Origin: an uncultured Methanosarcinales archaeon
GTDB lineage: Archaea; Nanobdellota; Nanobdellia; Woesearchaeales; ARS49
Length of the DNA stretch: 64,000 bases
Reading direction: 5' to 3'
Assembly: GCA_964445485.1 (NCBI GenBank)
Contig: CAYUPS010000002.1
Coordinates: 102,055-166,054, forward strand
Notes under the pieces: generated by a model
What the model was told of the DNA's origin: nothing
Databases searched by the model: none
Seen by the model: only the letters and a program-made list of their open reading frames with translations
Made by a program: the position numbers and the translations under genes
Part shown: positions 9,075 through 18,736 of the stretch, piece after piece
Position numbering within the stretch: position 1 is the stretch's first letter
How the letters are laid out: each line of letters starts with the position of its first letter

Positions 9075-9292
9075 AGATCAAGGAATTGCGAGGCATGGGC
9101 GACGCCGCCCTCAAGGAGAAGCTCCTCGAGCTCCGCAAGGACCTGGCCAAGGACAACGCGCAGGTCGCCGTCGGCACCACGCCCAAAAGCCCGGGCAGGC
9201 TCCGCCAGACCAAGAAGACCATCGCCCGCATACTCACCATCATCCACACACGAACCGGCACCACGCCGGCAGAGGTGCCTGTAAAGGCATGA
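9071..9292 (+). CDS. rpl29: 50S ribosomal protein L29 (uL29)
   Basis: Sequence and operon order. Confidence 0.88.
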   Translation: MKIKELRGMGDAALKEKLLELRKDLAKDNAQVAVGTTPKSPGRLRQTKKTIARILTIIHTRTGTTPAEVPVKA

Positions 9293-9594
9293 CTGTCTGC
9301 GTCAAATGCGGCCTCCCGGCCGACCTGTGCGTGTGTGAATCCATCGCGAAGGAAACACAAAAAATCAGAGTCGCGGTGGAGCAGAGGAAATTCCACAAGA
9401 AATACACAACCGTCCGTGGTATCGACGAGAAGGAGATCAATCTCGTCGCCCTCGGAAAGGAGCTGAAAGCGAAGCTCGCTTGTGGAGGCACAGTCAAAGA
9501 CAACACGATCGAGCTCCAAGGCGATCACAAGCTGCGGGTCAAGGCCCTGCTGCTCCAGATGGGATTCGCCCCCGAGACGATCGTGGTGGAATAA
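9289..9594 (+). CDS. sui1: translation initiation factor SUI1 (aSUI1/eIF1 homologue) with an N-terminal Cys cluster
   Basis: C-terminal SUI1 signature IELQGDHKLRVKALLLQMGF. Sits between L29 and S17, as in many archaea. Confidence 0.8.
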   Translation: MTVCVKCGLPADLCVCESIAKETQKIRVAVEQRKFHKKYTTVRGIDEKEINLVALGKELKAKLACGGTVKDNTIELQGDHKLRVKALLLQMGFAPETIVVE

Positions 9595-9617
9595 CGATCA
9601 AGAGGAACACAACGACA

Positions 9618-9983
9618 ATGGCAACGCACATCGCGAAGGGAACCAAGGGCCTCATCGGCCGCGGCCGCATCTTCGTCGGCACAGTCATCGAGACGAAGAT
9701 GGCGAAGACCGCGACGGTCGAGTGGGACCGCCGCAAGTCCCTGCCCAAGTATGAACGGTACGAGAAGCGCCGCACGACCGTCAAGGCGCACATCCCCGAC
9801 GAGATGAAAGTCCACAAGGGCGACATCGTCAGCATCATGGAGTGCCGCCCCATCAGCAAGACCAAGAAGTTCATCGTCACAGAGGTCAAAGGCAAGGAGA
9901 GGCTGTTCGCGGAGCGCGAGATGCGCCGCGAGGAGTCCAAGGTCAAAGGCAAGGAAGCCGAGACCGACGAGGTGGCCGCATGA
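9618..9983 (+). CDS. rps17: 30S ribosomal protein S17 (uS17), with a charged C-terminal extension
   Basis: Start trimmed to MATHIAKGTKG at 9618. Conserved uS17 OB-fold sequence. Confidence 0.88.
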   Translation: MATHIAKGTKGLIGRGRIFVGTVIETKMAKTATVEWDRRKSLPKYERYEKRRTTVKAHIPDEMKVHKGDIVSIMECRPISKTKKFIVTEVKGKERLFAEREMRREESKVKGKEAETDEVAA

Positions 9984-10381
9984 AGGGAGTCAGAGCGAAC
10001 CTTGTCAGGTCGTTGCCTCACGGCGCGATCATCGAAGGCGCGGACAACAGCGGCGCCCGCAAGCTCAAGGTCATCAGCGTCAAGAACTACAAGGGCCGCC
10101 GCGGCCGCTACGCCTCAGCGGGCGTTGGCGACCTCATCGCGGCATCCGTGGTCGACGGCAAACCCGACATGCGCAAGCAGGTCGTCGAAGCAGTCATCAT
10201 CCGCCAGAAGAAGGAATACCGCCGCAGCGACGGCATGCGCATCAAGTTCGAGGACAACGCAGCCGTGCTCATCAAGGATGAGCTCGGCAACCCCAAGGGA
10301 ACCCTTGTCAAGGGGCCCATGGCAAAGGAAGCCGCCGAGCGCTACCCGCTCGTCGCCAAGATCTCGAAGATGATCGTCTGA
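9980..10381 (+). CDS. rpl14: 50S ribosomal protein L14 (uL14)
   Basis: Start MKGVRANL overlaps the S17 stop (ATGA). Conserved uL14 sequence. Confidence 0.9.
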   Translation: MKGVRANLVRSLPHGAIIEGADNSGARKLKVISVKNYKGRRGRYASAGVGDLIAASVVDGKPDMRKQVVEAVIIRQKKEYRRSDGMRIKFEDNAAVLIKDELGNPKGTLVKGPMAKEAAERYPLVAKISKMIV

Positions 10382-10391
10382 GGAATCACCC

Positions 10392-10793
10392 ATGACACGC
10401 AACTGGACACAAAGCTGGAAGGCGAGCAGGCAGCCGCGCAAGCAGCATGCCTTCGTCGCCAAGGCGCCGCTGCACGTGCGCAGCGCCATGGTCGGCAGCC
10501 ACCTGAGCAAGGAGCTCCGCCAGAAGCACAAGACCCGCTCGATGCGTGTCCGCAAAGGCGACAAGGTCAAGGTCCAGACAGGCCAGTTCAAGGGCAAGAG
10601 CGGTGCCGTCGAGAGCGTCGACACCCGCAACGCCATGGTCTACATCACGGGCATCGAGAGCGTCCGCAAGGACGGCACCAAGGCCATGCGCCCCATCCAC
10701 CCGTCCAACCTGCTGATCACCGAGCTCGCCGCGGACAAACGCCGCATGGCAGAGCACGCACAACCTAAGGAGAATAAGGAGAAGAAACAATGA
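10392..10793 (+). CDS. rpl24: 50S ribosomal protein L24 (uL24)
   Basis: KOW motif region and operon order. Confidence 0.88.
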   Translation: MTRNWTQSWKASRQPRKQHAFVAKAPLHVRSAMVGSHLSKELRQKHKTRSMRVRKGDKVKVQTGQFKGKSGAVESVDTRNAMVYITGIESVRKDGTKAMRPIHPSNLLITELAADKRRMAEHAQPKENKEKKQ

Positions 10794-11479
10794 GCCACTC
10801 CCACTTGAAGCGCATGGTCGTCCCGACCACCTGGCCGGGCATCCTCCGCAAGGAGAACAAGTATGTCATCCGCCCCACGCCCGGCACGCACAGCATCGAG
10901 ATGGCCATGCCGCTCGCGCTCTGGATGCGCCACCTCGGCCATGCCAAGACCCAGCGAGAGATCAGGCAAATCCTCCTCCACTCGGATGTGCGCGTCGACG
11001 GCCGCCGCGTCAAGGACCCCGGCTTCCCCGTCGGCTACATGGACTCTCTCGCATTCGCGGACAGCAAGCAGGCATACCGCGTTCACCTTGACAAGATGGG
11101 ACGCCTCGCCCTCACGCCGATCAAGCAGGATGCTGCCGGCAAGAAACCCTGCCGCGTCACCGCAAAACGCGTGATCAGAGGCTGCGTGTTCCAAGTCAGC
11201 TTCCAGGACGGCAGGACCGTCCGCCTCGAGAAGGCCAAGGCAACGATGGCCATCGGCGACACAGTCATCCTCGCGGTGCCCGGCAACGCCATCGGCACTC
11301 ATCTCCCCCTCAAGAAGGGCGCGCACATCACGCTCATCGGCGGCAAGCACGTCGGCGACAGCGGCACGCTGGTCGAGATCAGCGGCGGCAAGATCGTCTA
11401 TGACAGCGAGACCGCCAAAGAGAAGATCGAGACACTCAAACAATACGCATACGTCCTGCCGAAGGACGAGAAAGCATGA
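10790..11479 (+). CDS. rps4e: 30S ribosomal protein S4e (eS4)
   Basis: Sequence and operon order. Confidence 0.9.
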   Translation: MSHSHLKRMVVPTTWPGILRKENKYVIRPTPGTHSIEMAMPLALWMRHLGHAKTQREIRQILLHSDVRVDGRRVKDPGFPVGYMDSLAFADSKQAYRVHLDKMGRLALTPIKQDAAGKKPCRVTAKRVIRGCVFQVSFQDGRTVRLEKAKATMAIGDTVILAVPGNAIGTHLPLKKGAHITLIGGKHVGDSGTLVEISGGKIVYDSETAKEKIETLKQYAYVLPKDEKA

Positions 11480-11991
11480 ACCCGATGAAGACTGTGCGGA
11501 TCGAGAAGCTCACGCTGAACATCGGCGCGGGCAAGGAGCCGGTCAGGCTCGAGAAAGGCGTCGCGCTGCTCAAGCGCATCACCGGCATCGAACCCCAGAA
11601 GACCGTCACGCAGAAGCGCATCCCGTCATGGGGTGTCCGTCCCGGCCTGCCCATCGGCTGCCGCCTCACGCTCCGCAAGGACAAGGCGCTCGAGCTCATC
11701 AAACGCCTGCTCGCCGCCAAGGACAACAAGCTCAAGATGAGCCAGATCGACAGCCTGGGCAACATCAGCTTCGGCATCCACGAGTACATCGACATCCCCG
11801 GCGTCGAGTACGACCCGGGCATCGGTGTCATGGGCCTCCAAGTATGCATCACACTCGAGCGTCCCGGCTACCGCGTCAAGCGCAGGCACATCCGCCCCGG
11901 CAGCATGCACAAGAGCCACTTGGTCACTCGCGAGGATGCCATCAAGTTCATGGAGAAGGAATTCAAGATCACCGTGGGTGAGAGCGCATGA
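11476..11991 (+). CDS. rpl5: 50S ribosomal protein L5 (uL5)
   Basis: Sequence and operon order. Confidence 0.9.
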   Translation: MNPMKTVRIEKLTLNIGAGKEPVRLEKGVALLKRITGIEPQKTVTQKRIPSWGVRPGLPIGCRLTLRKDKALELIKRLLAAKDNKLKMSQIDSLGNISFGIHEYIDIPGVEYDPGIGVMGLQVCITLERPGYRVKRRHIRPGSMHKSHLVTREDAIKFMEKEFKITVGESA

Positions 11992-12218
11992 CGACAAAGG
12001 ACTGGCAGAAGATGCTCAAACAGCTCAAGCGCAAGCCTGCCACGATGAAGAAGTACCTGAAGCACAACTCGGCGAAGAAACGCACGACAGGCCTGAACCT
12101 GCAGCCGTGCATCCGCTGCGGCCGCAAGGGCGGGCACATCAGCAAGTACGGCCTGCACCTGTGCCGCACCTGCTTCCGCGACATCGCGCCGGAGATCGGC
12201 TTCAAGAAATACGGCTGA
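11988..12218 (+). CDS. rps14: 30S ribosomal protein S14 (uS14, zinc-binding type)
   Basis: CxxC...CxxC zinc motif ([22 protein letters not shown]). Confidence 0.9.
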   Translation: MTTKDWQKMLKQLKRKPATMKKYLKHNSAKKRTTGLNLQPCIRCGRKGGHISKYGLHLCRTCFRDIAPEIGFKKYG

Positions 12219-12228
12219 GGAATACACA

Positions 12229-12618
12229 ATGCTTAACGACACCATCGCAAACGCACTGTCGGTCATCGCCAAGAGCGAGTCTCTCGGCAGGCCGAACTGC
12301 ACGGTCACGCCTACGAACCGCGTGCTCGGCGGCGTGCTCCGCATCCTCAACGAGGAAGGCTACTGCGGCGCGGCCGAAGAGGTCACCGCGGCACGCGGCG
12401 GCGCGACCAAGATCAACCTGCTCGGCACCATCAACAGCATCGGCGTCATCAAACCGCGCTTCGCCGTGAAATGGGACGGCTTCGAGAGATTCGAGAAGAG
12501 GTTCCTGCCGGCCAAAGCGCTCGGCGTGCTCATCGTCTCGACATCCGAAGGCCTCATGACCCACACGCAGGCCAAGAAGAAGAAAATCGGAGGCAGGCTC
12601 ATTGCCTATTGCTACTGA
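12229..12618 (+). CDS. rps8: 30S ribosomal protein S8 (uS8)
   Basis: Sequence and operon order. Confidence 0.9.
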   Translation: MLNDTIANALSVIAKSESLGRPNCTVTPTNRVLGGVLRILNEEGYCGAAEEVTAARGGATKINLLGTINSIGVIKPRFAVKWDGFERFEKRFLPAKALGVLIVSTSEGLMTHTQAKKKKIGGRLIAYCY

Positions 12619-12620
12619 CC

Positions 12621-13166
12621 ATGAAACCCACAATGAACGAGACCGTCAAGGCGCCTGAAGGAGTGACTTTCAGCGCGGCAGGTCGCGTCGTCACGGCCAA
12701 AGGACCCAAAGGAGAGGCGAGCTACAACTGCATCAGCCCTCTCGTGACGGTCAAGGTCGAGGCAGGCCAGGTCACGTTCAGCGCACCGAACGCGAGCAAA
12801 CGCGAGAAGGCGCTCATCTTCAGCTATGCCGCGCACGTGCGCAACATGATCCGCGGCGTCCAGAAACCCTACGCGTACATCCTCAAGATCTGCAGCAGCC
12901 ACTTCCCGATGAATGTGGCCGTCGCAGGCAAGACAATGTCTGTCAAGAACTTCCTCGGAGAGAAAGTGCCCCGCGTCGCCACATTCCCCGATGGCGTGAC
13001 CGTCAAGGTCGAAGGCGACAGGATCCGTGTCGAGAGCTCAAGCAAGGAGCTGGCGGGCCGTGTCGCGGGCCGCATCGAGCTGCTCACCGCGGTCGCCAAC
13101 CGTGACAGGCGCATCTTCCAGGACGGCATCTACCTGATCGAGAAAGACGGCGAGGCTATCGCATGA
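12621..13166 (+). CDS. rpl6: 50S ribosomal protein L6 (uL6)
   Basis: Start trimmed to MKPTMNETV at 12621. Conserved uL6 sequence. Confidence 0.88.
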   Translation: MKPTMNETVKAPEGVTFSAAGRVVTAKGPKGEASYNCISPLVTVKVEAGQVTFSAPNASKREKALIFSYAAHVRNMIRGVQKPYAYILKICSSHFPMNVAVAGKTMSVKNFLGEKVPRVATFPDGVTVKVEGDRIRVESSSKELAGRVAGRIELLTAVANRDRRIFQDGIYLIEKDGEAIA

Positions 13167-13708
13167 CGACCGACACTATCAAGAGGCTCCTTGAGCACCG
13201 CAAGCGCTCCAAGGCCAAGAAACCCTACTTCATCAGGCAGGACCACCTCAAGCACAAACGCAGGGTGGGCGAGTCTTGGCGCAAGCCAAAGGGTCTCCAG
13301 AGCAAGGTCAAGCTCCGCAAGGCAGGACATGAGAGCATGCCCGAGCCCGGATGGGGCACGCCCGCTCTCGTGCGCCACCTCACGAGCGACGGCCTCATGC
13401 CGATCGTCGTGCACCGCCCCGAGGATCTCGCGCTGCTGAACAAAACGCAGCACGGCGCAGTCATCGGATCTTCTGTCGGTATGCGCAAGCGCGTCGCCAT
13501 CATCGAGGCCGCGCAGAAGGCAGGCATCACCATCACCAACCTCAAGGATCCGAAGAGCGTCGTCGAGATGGCGAAGAAGGACCTCGCGGACCGCAAGGCT
13601 GCCCGCAGCGCTGCCGCTGCGAAGAAGACCCGCAGCGAGACAGAGAAGAAGGCGGCGGCTCCCGCAGAGAAGAAAGAGCCCGCCAAAGAGAAGGTGCAAG
13701 CCCCATGA
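13163..13708 (+). CDS. rpl32e: 50S ribosomal protein L32e (eL32), with a lysine/alanine-rich C-terminal tail
   Basis: Sequence and operon order. Confidence 0.85.
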   Translation: MTTDTIKRLLEHRKRSKAKKPYFIRQDHLKHKRRVGESWRKPKGLQSKVKLRKAGHESMPEPGWGTPALVRHLTSDGLMPIVVHRPEDLALLNKTQHGAVIGSSVGMRKRVAIIEAAQKAGITITNLKDPKSVVEMAKKDLADRKAARSAAAAKKTRSETEKKAAAPAEKKEPAKEKVQAP

Positions 13709-14154
13709 TGCTCCAGAAGAAACTCGCAGCCCGCGCAGCAGGATGCAGCCCGTACCGCGTGCGCTTTGATGTGGCCCAGATGGACTCGATCAAGGAGGCC
13801 ATCACGACGTTCGACGTGCGCCGTCTCATCAACACCGGCGCGATCACCATCCTCCCGAAGACAGGCACTGCCCGCGGACGCCATCGCGTCGTGCAGGGCC
13901 AGCGCCGCAAGGGACGCCGCCGCAACATGGGCAGCCGCAAAGGCCGCAAGACCGCGAGGACGCCCGGCAAGGAGGCCTGGATGATGCGCATCCGCGCCCA
14001 GCGCGAGATGCTCCGCGAACTCCGCGAAAAGAGCCTGATCAGCAACGGGACATACCGAACAATGTATGACAAGGCGCGCGGTGGGTTCTTCCGCAGCCGC
14101 CGCCACCTGAAAGTCTACCTCGAGGAACAGGACCTGTTCCGGACGAAACAATGA
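13705..14154 (+). CDS. rpl19e: 50S ribosomal protein L19e (eL19)
   Basis: Start trimmed to MMLQKKLAARAAGCSPYRVRF at 13705, overlapping the L32e stop. Conserved eL19 N-terminus. Confidence 0.85.
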   Translation: MMLQKKLAARAAGCSPYRVRFDVAQMDSIKEAITTFDVRRLINTGAITILPKTGTARGRHRVVQGQRRKGRRRNMGSRKGRKTARTPGKEAWMMRIRAQREMLRELREKSLISNGTYRTMYDKARGGFFRSRRHLKVYLEEQDLFRTKQ

Positions 14155-14738
14155 GCAGCAGCACACGATACACAGTCAGATACCGCCGCAAGCGCGAAGG
14201 CAGGACAGACTACAAGAGCCGCAAGGCGCTCCTCTCCAGCCACAAGCCCCGCGTCGTCATCCGCCGATCGCTCAAGCACATCTGGCTCCAGATCGCGGAC
14301 TACGGCACGAGCGGCGACAAGGTCCATGTCATGGCGCACAGCCGTGAACTGGCCAAGTACGGCTGGAAGGCAAGCACGAGCGGCATCCCTGCCGCGTACC
14401 TGACCGGCATGCTGCTGGCCAAGAAGGCAGCCGCGAAAGGCCTCAAGGAAGCCATCGCGGACATCGGCCTGCAGATCAGCGTCCGCGGCAGCGTCCTCTA
14501 CGCGGCCGTCAAGGGCGTGCAGGACGGAGGCGTCAGCGTCCCCTGCGATGCGGCCATCCAGCCAGACGCGAAGCGCATCAACGGCGAGCACGTCGCGGCG
14601 TACGCCGAGCAGCTCAAGAAGGCTGACCCGAAGAAGTACGCGGCGCAGTTCTCCCTCATGATCAAGAACGGCATCGCCCCCGAGGCGCTGCCCAAGCATT
14701 TCACCGATGTCAAGAAGAAGATCGAGGCATTCAAATGA
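14151..14738 (+). CDS. rpl18: 50S ribosomal protein L18 (uL18)
   Basis: Sequence and operon order. Confidence 0.88.
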   Translation: MSSSTRYTVRYRRKREGRTDYKSRKALLSSHKPRVVIRRSLKHIWLQIADYGTSGDKVHVMAHSRELAKYGWKASTSGIPAAYLTGMLLAKKAAAKGLKEAIADIGLQISVRGSVLYAAVKGVQDGGVSVPCDAAIQPDAKRINGEHVAAYAEQLKKADPKKYAAQFSLMIKNGIAPEALPKHFTDVKKKIEAFK

Positions 14739-15583
14739 GCGAGACAGAGACACCAGCCAAAGCACCCGTCCCCGCGACAGAAGGCACGGACGAGGAGAAG
14801 ATCGAGGTCGAGAAGGAAGTCATCGAGCCCGTCCCCGATGAGGAGACGCTCGTGAAGGAAGAGCTCAAGGAACAGGTCGACCTCTCATCCTGGACCCCGC
14901 GCACGGCGCTTGGCGCCAAAGTCAAAGGCAGGCAGCTCACCGACATCGACGCCATACTCGATGCAGGCATGCCCATCCTCGAGGCAGAGATCGTCGACGC
15001 GCTCCTGCCCGGACTGCAGAGCGATCTCCTGATGATCGGCCAGAGCCGAGGTAAGTTCGGCGGCGGCCAGCGGCGCATCTTCAAGCAGACGCAGAAGAAG
15101 ACCATGGAAGGCAACAAGCCCAGCTTCAGCTGCTATGCGATCGTCGGCAACGGCGATGGCTATCTCGGCGGCGGCATGGGCAAGAGCAAGGACACCGTGC
15201 CCGCGAGGGAGAAGGCCGTCCGCACTGCCAAGCGCAATATCTTCAAGATCCGCCGCGGCTGCGGCTCGTGGGAGTGCGGCTGCAAGACGCCCCACAGCAT
15301 CCCGTTCAAGGTCACCGGCAAGTGCGGCTCGGTCCGCATCGAGCTGATGCCCGCGCCCAAGGGCAAGGGCCTTGTCGTCGAGAAGGAGTGCGCGAAGATC
15401 CTGCGCCTCGCAGGCATCAAGGATGTCTGGTCCGTCACGCGCGGCCAGACCGGCCAGAAGCACAATCTCGTCACGGCATGCCTCAACGCGCTCAAGCAGC
15501 TCATGCAGGTCAAGATGAGGCATGATGCGATTGCGCAGCTCGGCGCGATCAGCGGCAAGATCACTGCGGAGGCCAAGCAATGA
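14735..15583 (+). CDS. rps5: 30S ribosomal protein S5 (uS5), with an acidic N-terminal extension of about 60 aa
   Basis: Conserved uS5 dsRBD and C-terminal domain. N-terminus is E/T/P-rich. Confidence 0.88.
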   Translation: MSETETPAKAPVPATEGTDEEKIEVEKEVIEPVPDEETLVKEELKEQVDLSSWTPRTALGAKVKGRQLTDIDAILDAGMPILEAEIVDALLPGLQSDLLMIGQSRGKFGGGQRRIFKQTQKKTMEGNKPSFSCYAIVGNGDGYLGGGMGKSKDTVPAREKAVRTAKRNIFKIRRGCGSWECGCKTPHSIPFKVTGKCGSVRIELMPAPKGKGLVVEKECAKILRLAGIKDVWSVTRGQTGQKHNLVTACLNALKQLMQVKMRHDAIAQLGAISGKITAEAKQ

Positions 15584-15927
15584 GCAAGCTCGTCATCGTC
15601 CGCGTCCGCGGCGACCTCCACCACAGCGCCACCGAGAGGGGCACTCTCCTGACGCTCAAGCTCGTCAAGAAGAACCACGCGACCATCCGCGAGGAGACTC
15701 CCAGCATCAAGGGCATGCTGCACACGATGCAGAGCGTCCTGACATGGGGTGAAGTCTCGGCAGATGTCGAGAAGAAGCTCGCTTCCCGCGGCAAGGGCGG
15801 CGTGTTCGCGCTCAACCCTCCCCGGGGCGGCTATGGCCGCAAGGGAGTCAAGGCTCGGTTCGACCGCGGCGGCGCCGTCGGTCCGCGGGGCCAGAAGATC
15901 AATGATCTTATCGAGAGGATGATGTAA
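15580..15927 (+). CDS. rpl30: 50S ribosomal protein L30 (uL30)
   Basis: Sequence and operon order. Confidence 0.88.
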   Translation: MSKLVIVRVRGDLHHSATERGTLLTLKLVKKNHATIREETPSIKGMLHTMQSVLTWGEVSADVEKKLASRGKGGVFALNPPRGGYGRKGVKARFDRGGAVGPRGQKINDLIERMM

Positions 15928-15928
15928 G

Positions 15929-16366
15929 ATGCCAGTCAAGCACCGCACGAAGGTCCGCCGCTACCGCGGCTCCCGCACGCACGGTTGGGGCGTCCGCCAC
16001 CGAGGATCCGGCCAGCGCGGCGGCAGAGGCAATGCAGGCTCCGGCAAGAGGGCAGACTGCCAGAAGCCGTCCCACTGGGAGCGCGTCTTCGGCCGCAACG
16101 GCTTCAAGATGCACGGCAATACCATCGTCGACATCACGATCAACCTGCACGAGGTGGATGCCCGCGCCGATGCGTGGATCGCCGCCAAGCAGGCGAGCGC
16201 GGAGGGAGGCGTCATCACCGTCGACCTCAGCAAGCTCGGCTACACCAAGCTTCTCGGCACGGGAAGGATCACTCGCAAGATGAACATCAGCGTCAAGCGC
16301 GCGGCCGCGAGCTGCGCCGAGAAGGTCGCCGCCACCGGCGGCAAGCTGACTGTCGCTGCTGAGTAA
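15929..16366 (+). CDS. rpl15: 50S ribosomal protein L15 (uL15)
   Basis: Sequence and operon order. Confidence 0.88.
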   Translation: MPVKHRTKVRRYRGSRTHGWGVRHRGSGQRGGRGNAGSGKRADCQKPSHWERVFGRNGFKMHGNTIVDITINLHEVDARADAWIAAKQASAEGGVITVDLSKLGYTKLLGTGRITRKMNISVKRAAASCAEKVAATGGKLTVAAE

Positions 16367-17763
16367 TGCTCATGTCGTGGTTCCAAACCCTCATCAGCAA
16401 TCTTCCTGAGGTGGCTCCGCCCACCCAGCGCAAGCTGGGGTTCCGCGAGAAGCTCAAGTGGACGCTCATCATCCTCGTGATGTTCTTCGTCCTGGGCATC
16501 ATCCCCCTCTTCGGCATGGGGCAGAATGAGCTCCAACGGTTCGAGATCCTGTCCGTCATCTTGGGAGCGAGCTTCGGTTCCATCCTGAGCCTCGGTATCG
16601 GTCCGCTCGTCACGGCGAGCATCGTGCTGCAGCTGCTCAACGGCTCGGGCATCCTGCGATTCGACCTGACGAAGAAGGACCAGCGCGCGACATTCCAGGG
16701 CCTGCAGAAGCTCGGCGGCGTCTTCTTCGTCATCTTCGAGGCCTGCGTGTACGTGTTCATGTCGGGACTCGCCCCGCCTCCCGAGGTCGCGGGCACGTCG
16801 CTCTATTTCCAGCTGCAGCTCCTGATGGTGTTCCAGCTGTGCCTCGGCGGCATCCTCGTCATGTTCATGGATGAGGTCGTGAGCAAGTGGGGTTTCGGCT
16901 CGGGCATCTCTCTGTTCATCGCTGCAGGCGTGTCGCAGTCGCTGTTCATCCAGATGTTCTCGCCGCTGCCCGCGCCGAACAATCCCGAGATCGCGACAGG
17001 CGCCATCCCCGCATTCTTCCAGAGCCTTTCCGCGGGCGACCCGACGGGCGCGCTGCTGCTGGCCGGAAGCATCGCGACGACTGTCGCGGTCTTCGTGCTC
17101 GCGGTCTACTCGCAGGGCATGAAGGTCGAGATCCCGCTCTCGTTCGGCCGTATCCGCGGGCATGGCATCCGCTGGCCGCTGAGCTTCATGTACACCTCCA
17201 ATATCCCCGTCATCCTCGTCTCGGCGCTGTTCGCCAACGTGCAGCTGTGGGGTTCGCTGATGGCGAACTGGGGATACCCTCTTCTGGGCCAGTTCTCCGG
17301 CAACACGCCGGTGAGCGGTCTCGTCAACTACATCCAGCCGCCGAACCTCCTGCAGGCGCTCATCACGGGCACGCTCGCGCTCGATATGATCTGGCGCGCG
17401 GCGGTCTATATCTTTTTGCTGATTGTCGGCTGCGTCGTGTTCGGCTGGTTCTGGGTGCAGACTGCGGGCATGGATGCGCGCAGCCAGGCGAAGCAGATCA
17501 TGGCCTCCGGCCTGCAGATCCCCGGCTTCCGGCGCGATGAGCGGGTCCTGGAGCGCGTGCTCGACCGCTATGTGGGGCCGCTGACCATCATGGGCGCAAT
17601 CGCTGTCGGACTTCTCGCGGCGGTCGCCGACGTGTCTGGCGCGCTGGTGCACGGCACGAGCCTGCTGCTGTCGATCATGATCATCTACAAGCTCTATGAG
17701 GAGATCGCGCGGCAGCACATGATGGACATGAATCCGATGCTGCGCAAGTTCATGGGCGGATGA
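16366..17763 (+). CDS. secY: preprotein translocase subunit SecY
   Basis: 10-TM SecY sequence directly after L15. Start overlaps the L15 stop. Confidence 0.92.
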   Translation: MLMSWFQTLISNLPEVAPPTQRKLGFREKLKWTLIILVMFFVLGIIPLFGMGQNELQRFEILSVILGASFGSILSLGIGPLVTASIVLQLLNGSGILRFDLTKKDQRATFQGLQKLGGVFFVIFEACVYVFMSGLAPPPEVAGTSLYFQLQLLMVFQLCLGGILVMFMDEVVSKWGFGSGISLFIAAGVSQSLFIQMFSPLPAPNNPEIATGAIPAFFQSLSAGDPTGALLLAGSIATTVAVFVLAVYSQGMKVEIPLSFGRIRGHGIRWPLSFMYTSNIPVILVSALFANVQLWGSLMANWGYPLLGQFSGNTPVSGLVNYIQPPNLLQALITGTLALDMIWRAAVYIFLLIVGCVVFGWFWVQTAGMDARSQAKQIMASGLQIPGFRRDERVLERVLDRYVGPLTIMGAIAVGLLAAVADVSGALVHGTSLLLSIMIIYKLYEEIARQHMMDMNPMLRKFMGG

Positions 17764-17804
17764 GGCGAAAGATTTAACAACGCCGCCGAGCGGTGTGATT
17801 CTCT

Positions 17805-18578
17805 ATGGGGATATTCTCGTTCCTGGACCCGGTGCTCGACGCGATATTCGGGCCTCTCCTGTCGCTGCCGCCCACTCTCGGTCTGCTCATACTCTCGTTC
17901 GCTGTGGCAATCCTGACGACGCTGGTGTACAAGTACACGACGAACCAGGATCTGATGAAACAGCTCAAGGATGAGATCAAGGCGCTCCAGGCGGAGCTCA
18001 AGCAGCTGCGCGACAAGCCGGAACAGATGATGCAGGTGCAGAAGAAGGCGATGGAGACGAACATGAAGTACACCATGCAGAGCATGCGCTCCACGCTGTT
18101 CACCATCCTGCCCCTGATCCTCATCTTCGGTTGGCTGCAGGGCCATCTGGCGTACGATCCGATCCTGCCCGGGCAGGAGTTCAGCGCGAGCGTACATGTC
18201 GCTGAGGGTGTGCGCGGGTGGATCAATGCGACCGCGCCGGAGGGCATCGAGATCACGGGTGATGCCGCGAAGGAGTTGACCGACGGTGTGGCGATTTTCA
18301 CGTTCAAGGCGATGGACGCGGGGGATTATGCCGCGCCGGGCCTGACGTTCTTGGTCGGGGGGAAGGCGTACAACCAGGAGGTCTTGGTGACCGCGGAGCG
18401 TGCGTATCACGCGCCGGTCGTGCAGCATGGCGATGGCGTGGTGGAGTTCATCCAGGTGAACCAGCAGCCGCTGAAGGCGTTGAACCTGTTCGGCTGGCAG
18501 CTGGGGTGGCTCGGCACGTACATCATTTTCTCCATCGTGTTCTCGATGGGCGTGCGGAAGCTGATGAAGGTCTATTAG
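17805..18578 (+). CDS. DUF106-family membrane protein (archaeal Oxa1/YidC/EMC3-like insertase homologue) with an insertion of about 115 aa between TM2 and TM3
   Basis: TM1, then coiled coil, then TM2, then a large hydrophilic insert, then TM3. Sits at the conserved position after secY. adk and cmk, which normally flank it, are absent. Confidence 0.55.
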   Translation: MGIFSFLDPVLDAIFGPLLSLPPTLGLLILSFAVAILTTLVYKYTTNQDLMKQLKDEIKALQAELKQLRDKPEQMMQVQKKAMETNMKYTMQSMRSTLFTILPLILIFGWLQGHLAYDPILPGQEFSASVHVAEGVRGWINATAPEGIEITGDAAKELTDGVAIFTFKAMDAGDYAAPGLTFLVGGKAYNQEVLVTAERAYHAPVVQHGDGVVEFIQVNQQPLKALNLFGWQLGWLGTYIIFSIVFSMGVRKLMKVY

Positions 18579-18582
18579 TCAT

Positions 18583-18591
18583 TTATAAATG
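18583..18591 (+). promoter_or_regulatory. TATA box (TTTATAAAT), first of several TATA-like elements upstream of tbp
   Basis: The same TTTATAAATGCC string recurs upstream of aIF2-beta at 24124. Further TATA-like boxes lie at 18665-18674 and 18686-18696. Confidence 0.45.
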
Positions 18592-18736
18592 CCAGGAGTG
18601 ACATAAACCGCCCAGTTTAACGCTGTTTCTCGTCGGAGCAAAGGTAAAGTATTTAAATATCTGCCTTATAAATGGGTAGAACGGGGTATTAAAACCGTTC
18701 ACAGGGGGTTCCGACGACAGTCGGAGGTGGACCTAC

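Noticed and set aside
16240-17718. 492-aa ORF on the minus strand
   Set aside because: Antisense to secY and L15. Composition dominated by R/D/E/A with no TM segments.
18579-18736. C/D-box sRNA in the tbp upstream region
   Set aside because: No RUGAUGA/CUGA box pairs with appropriate spacing. The AT-rich elements are better explained as multiple TATA boxes.
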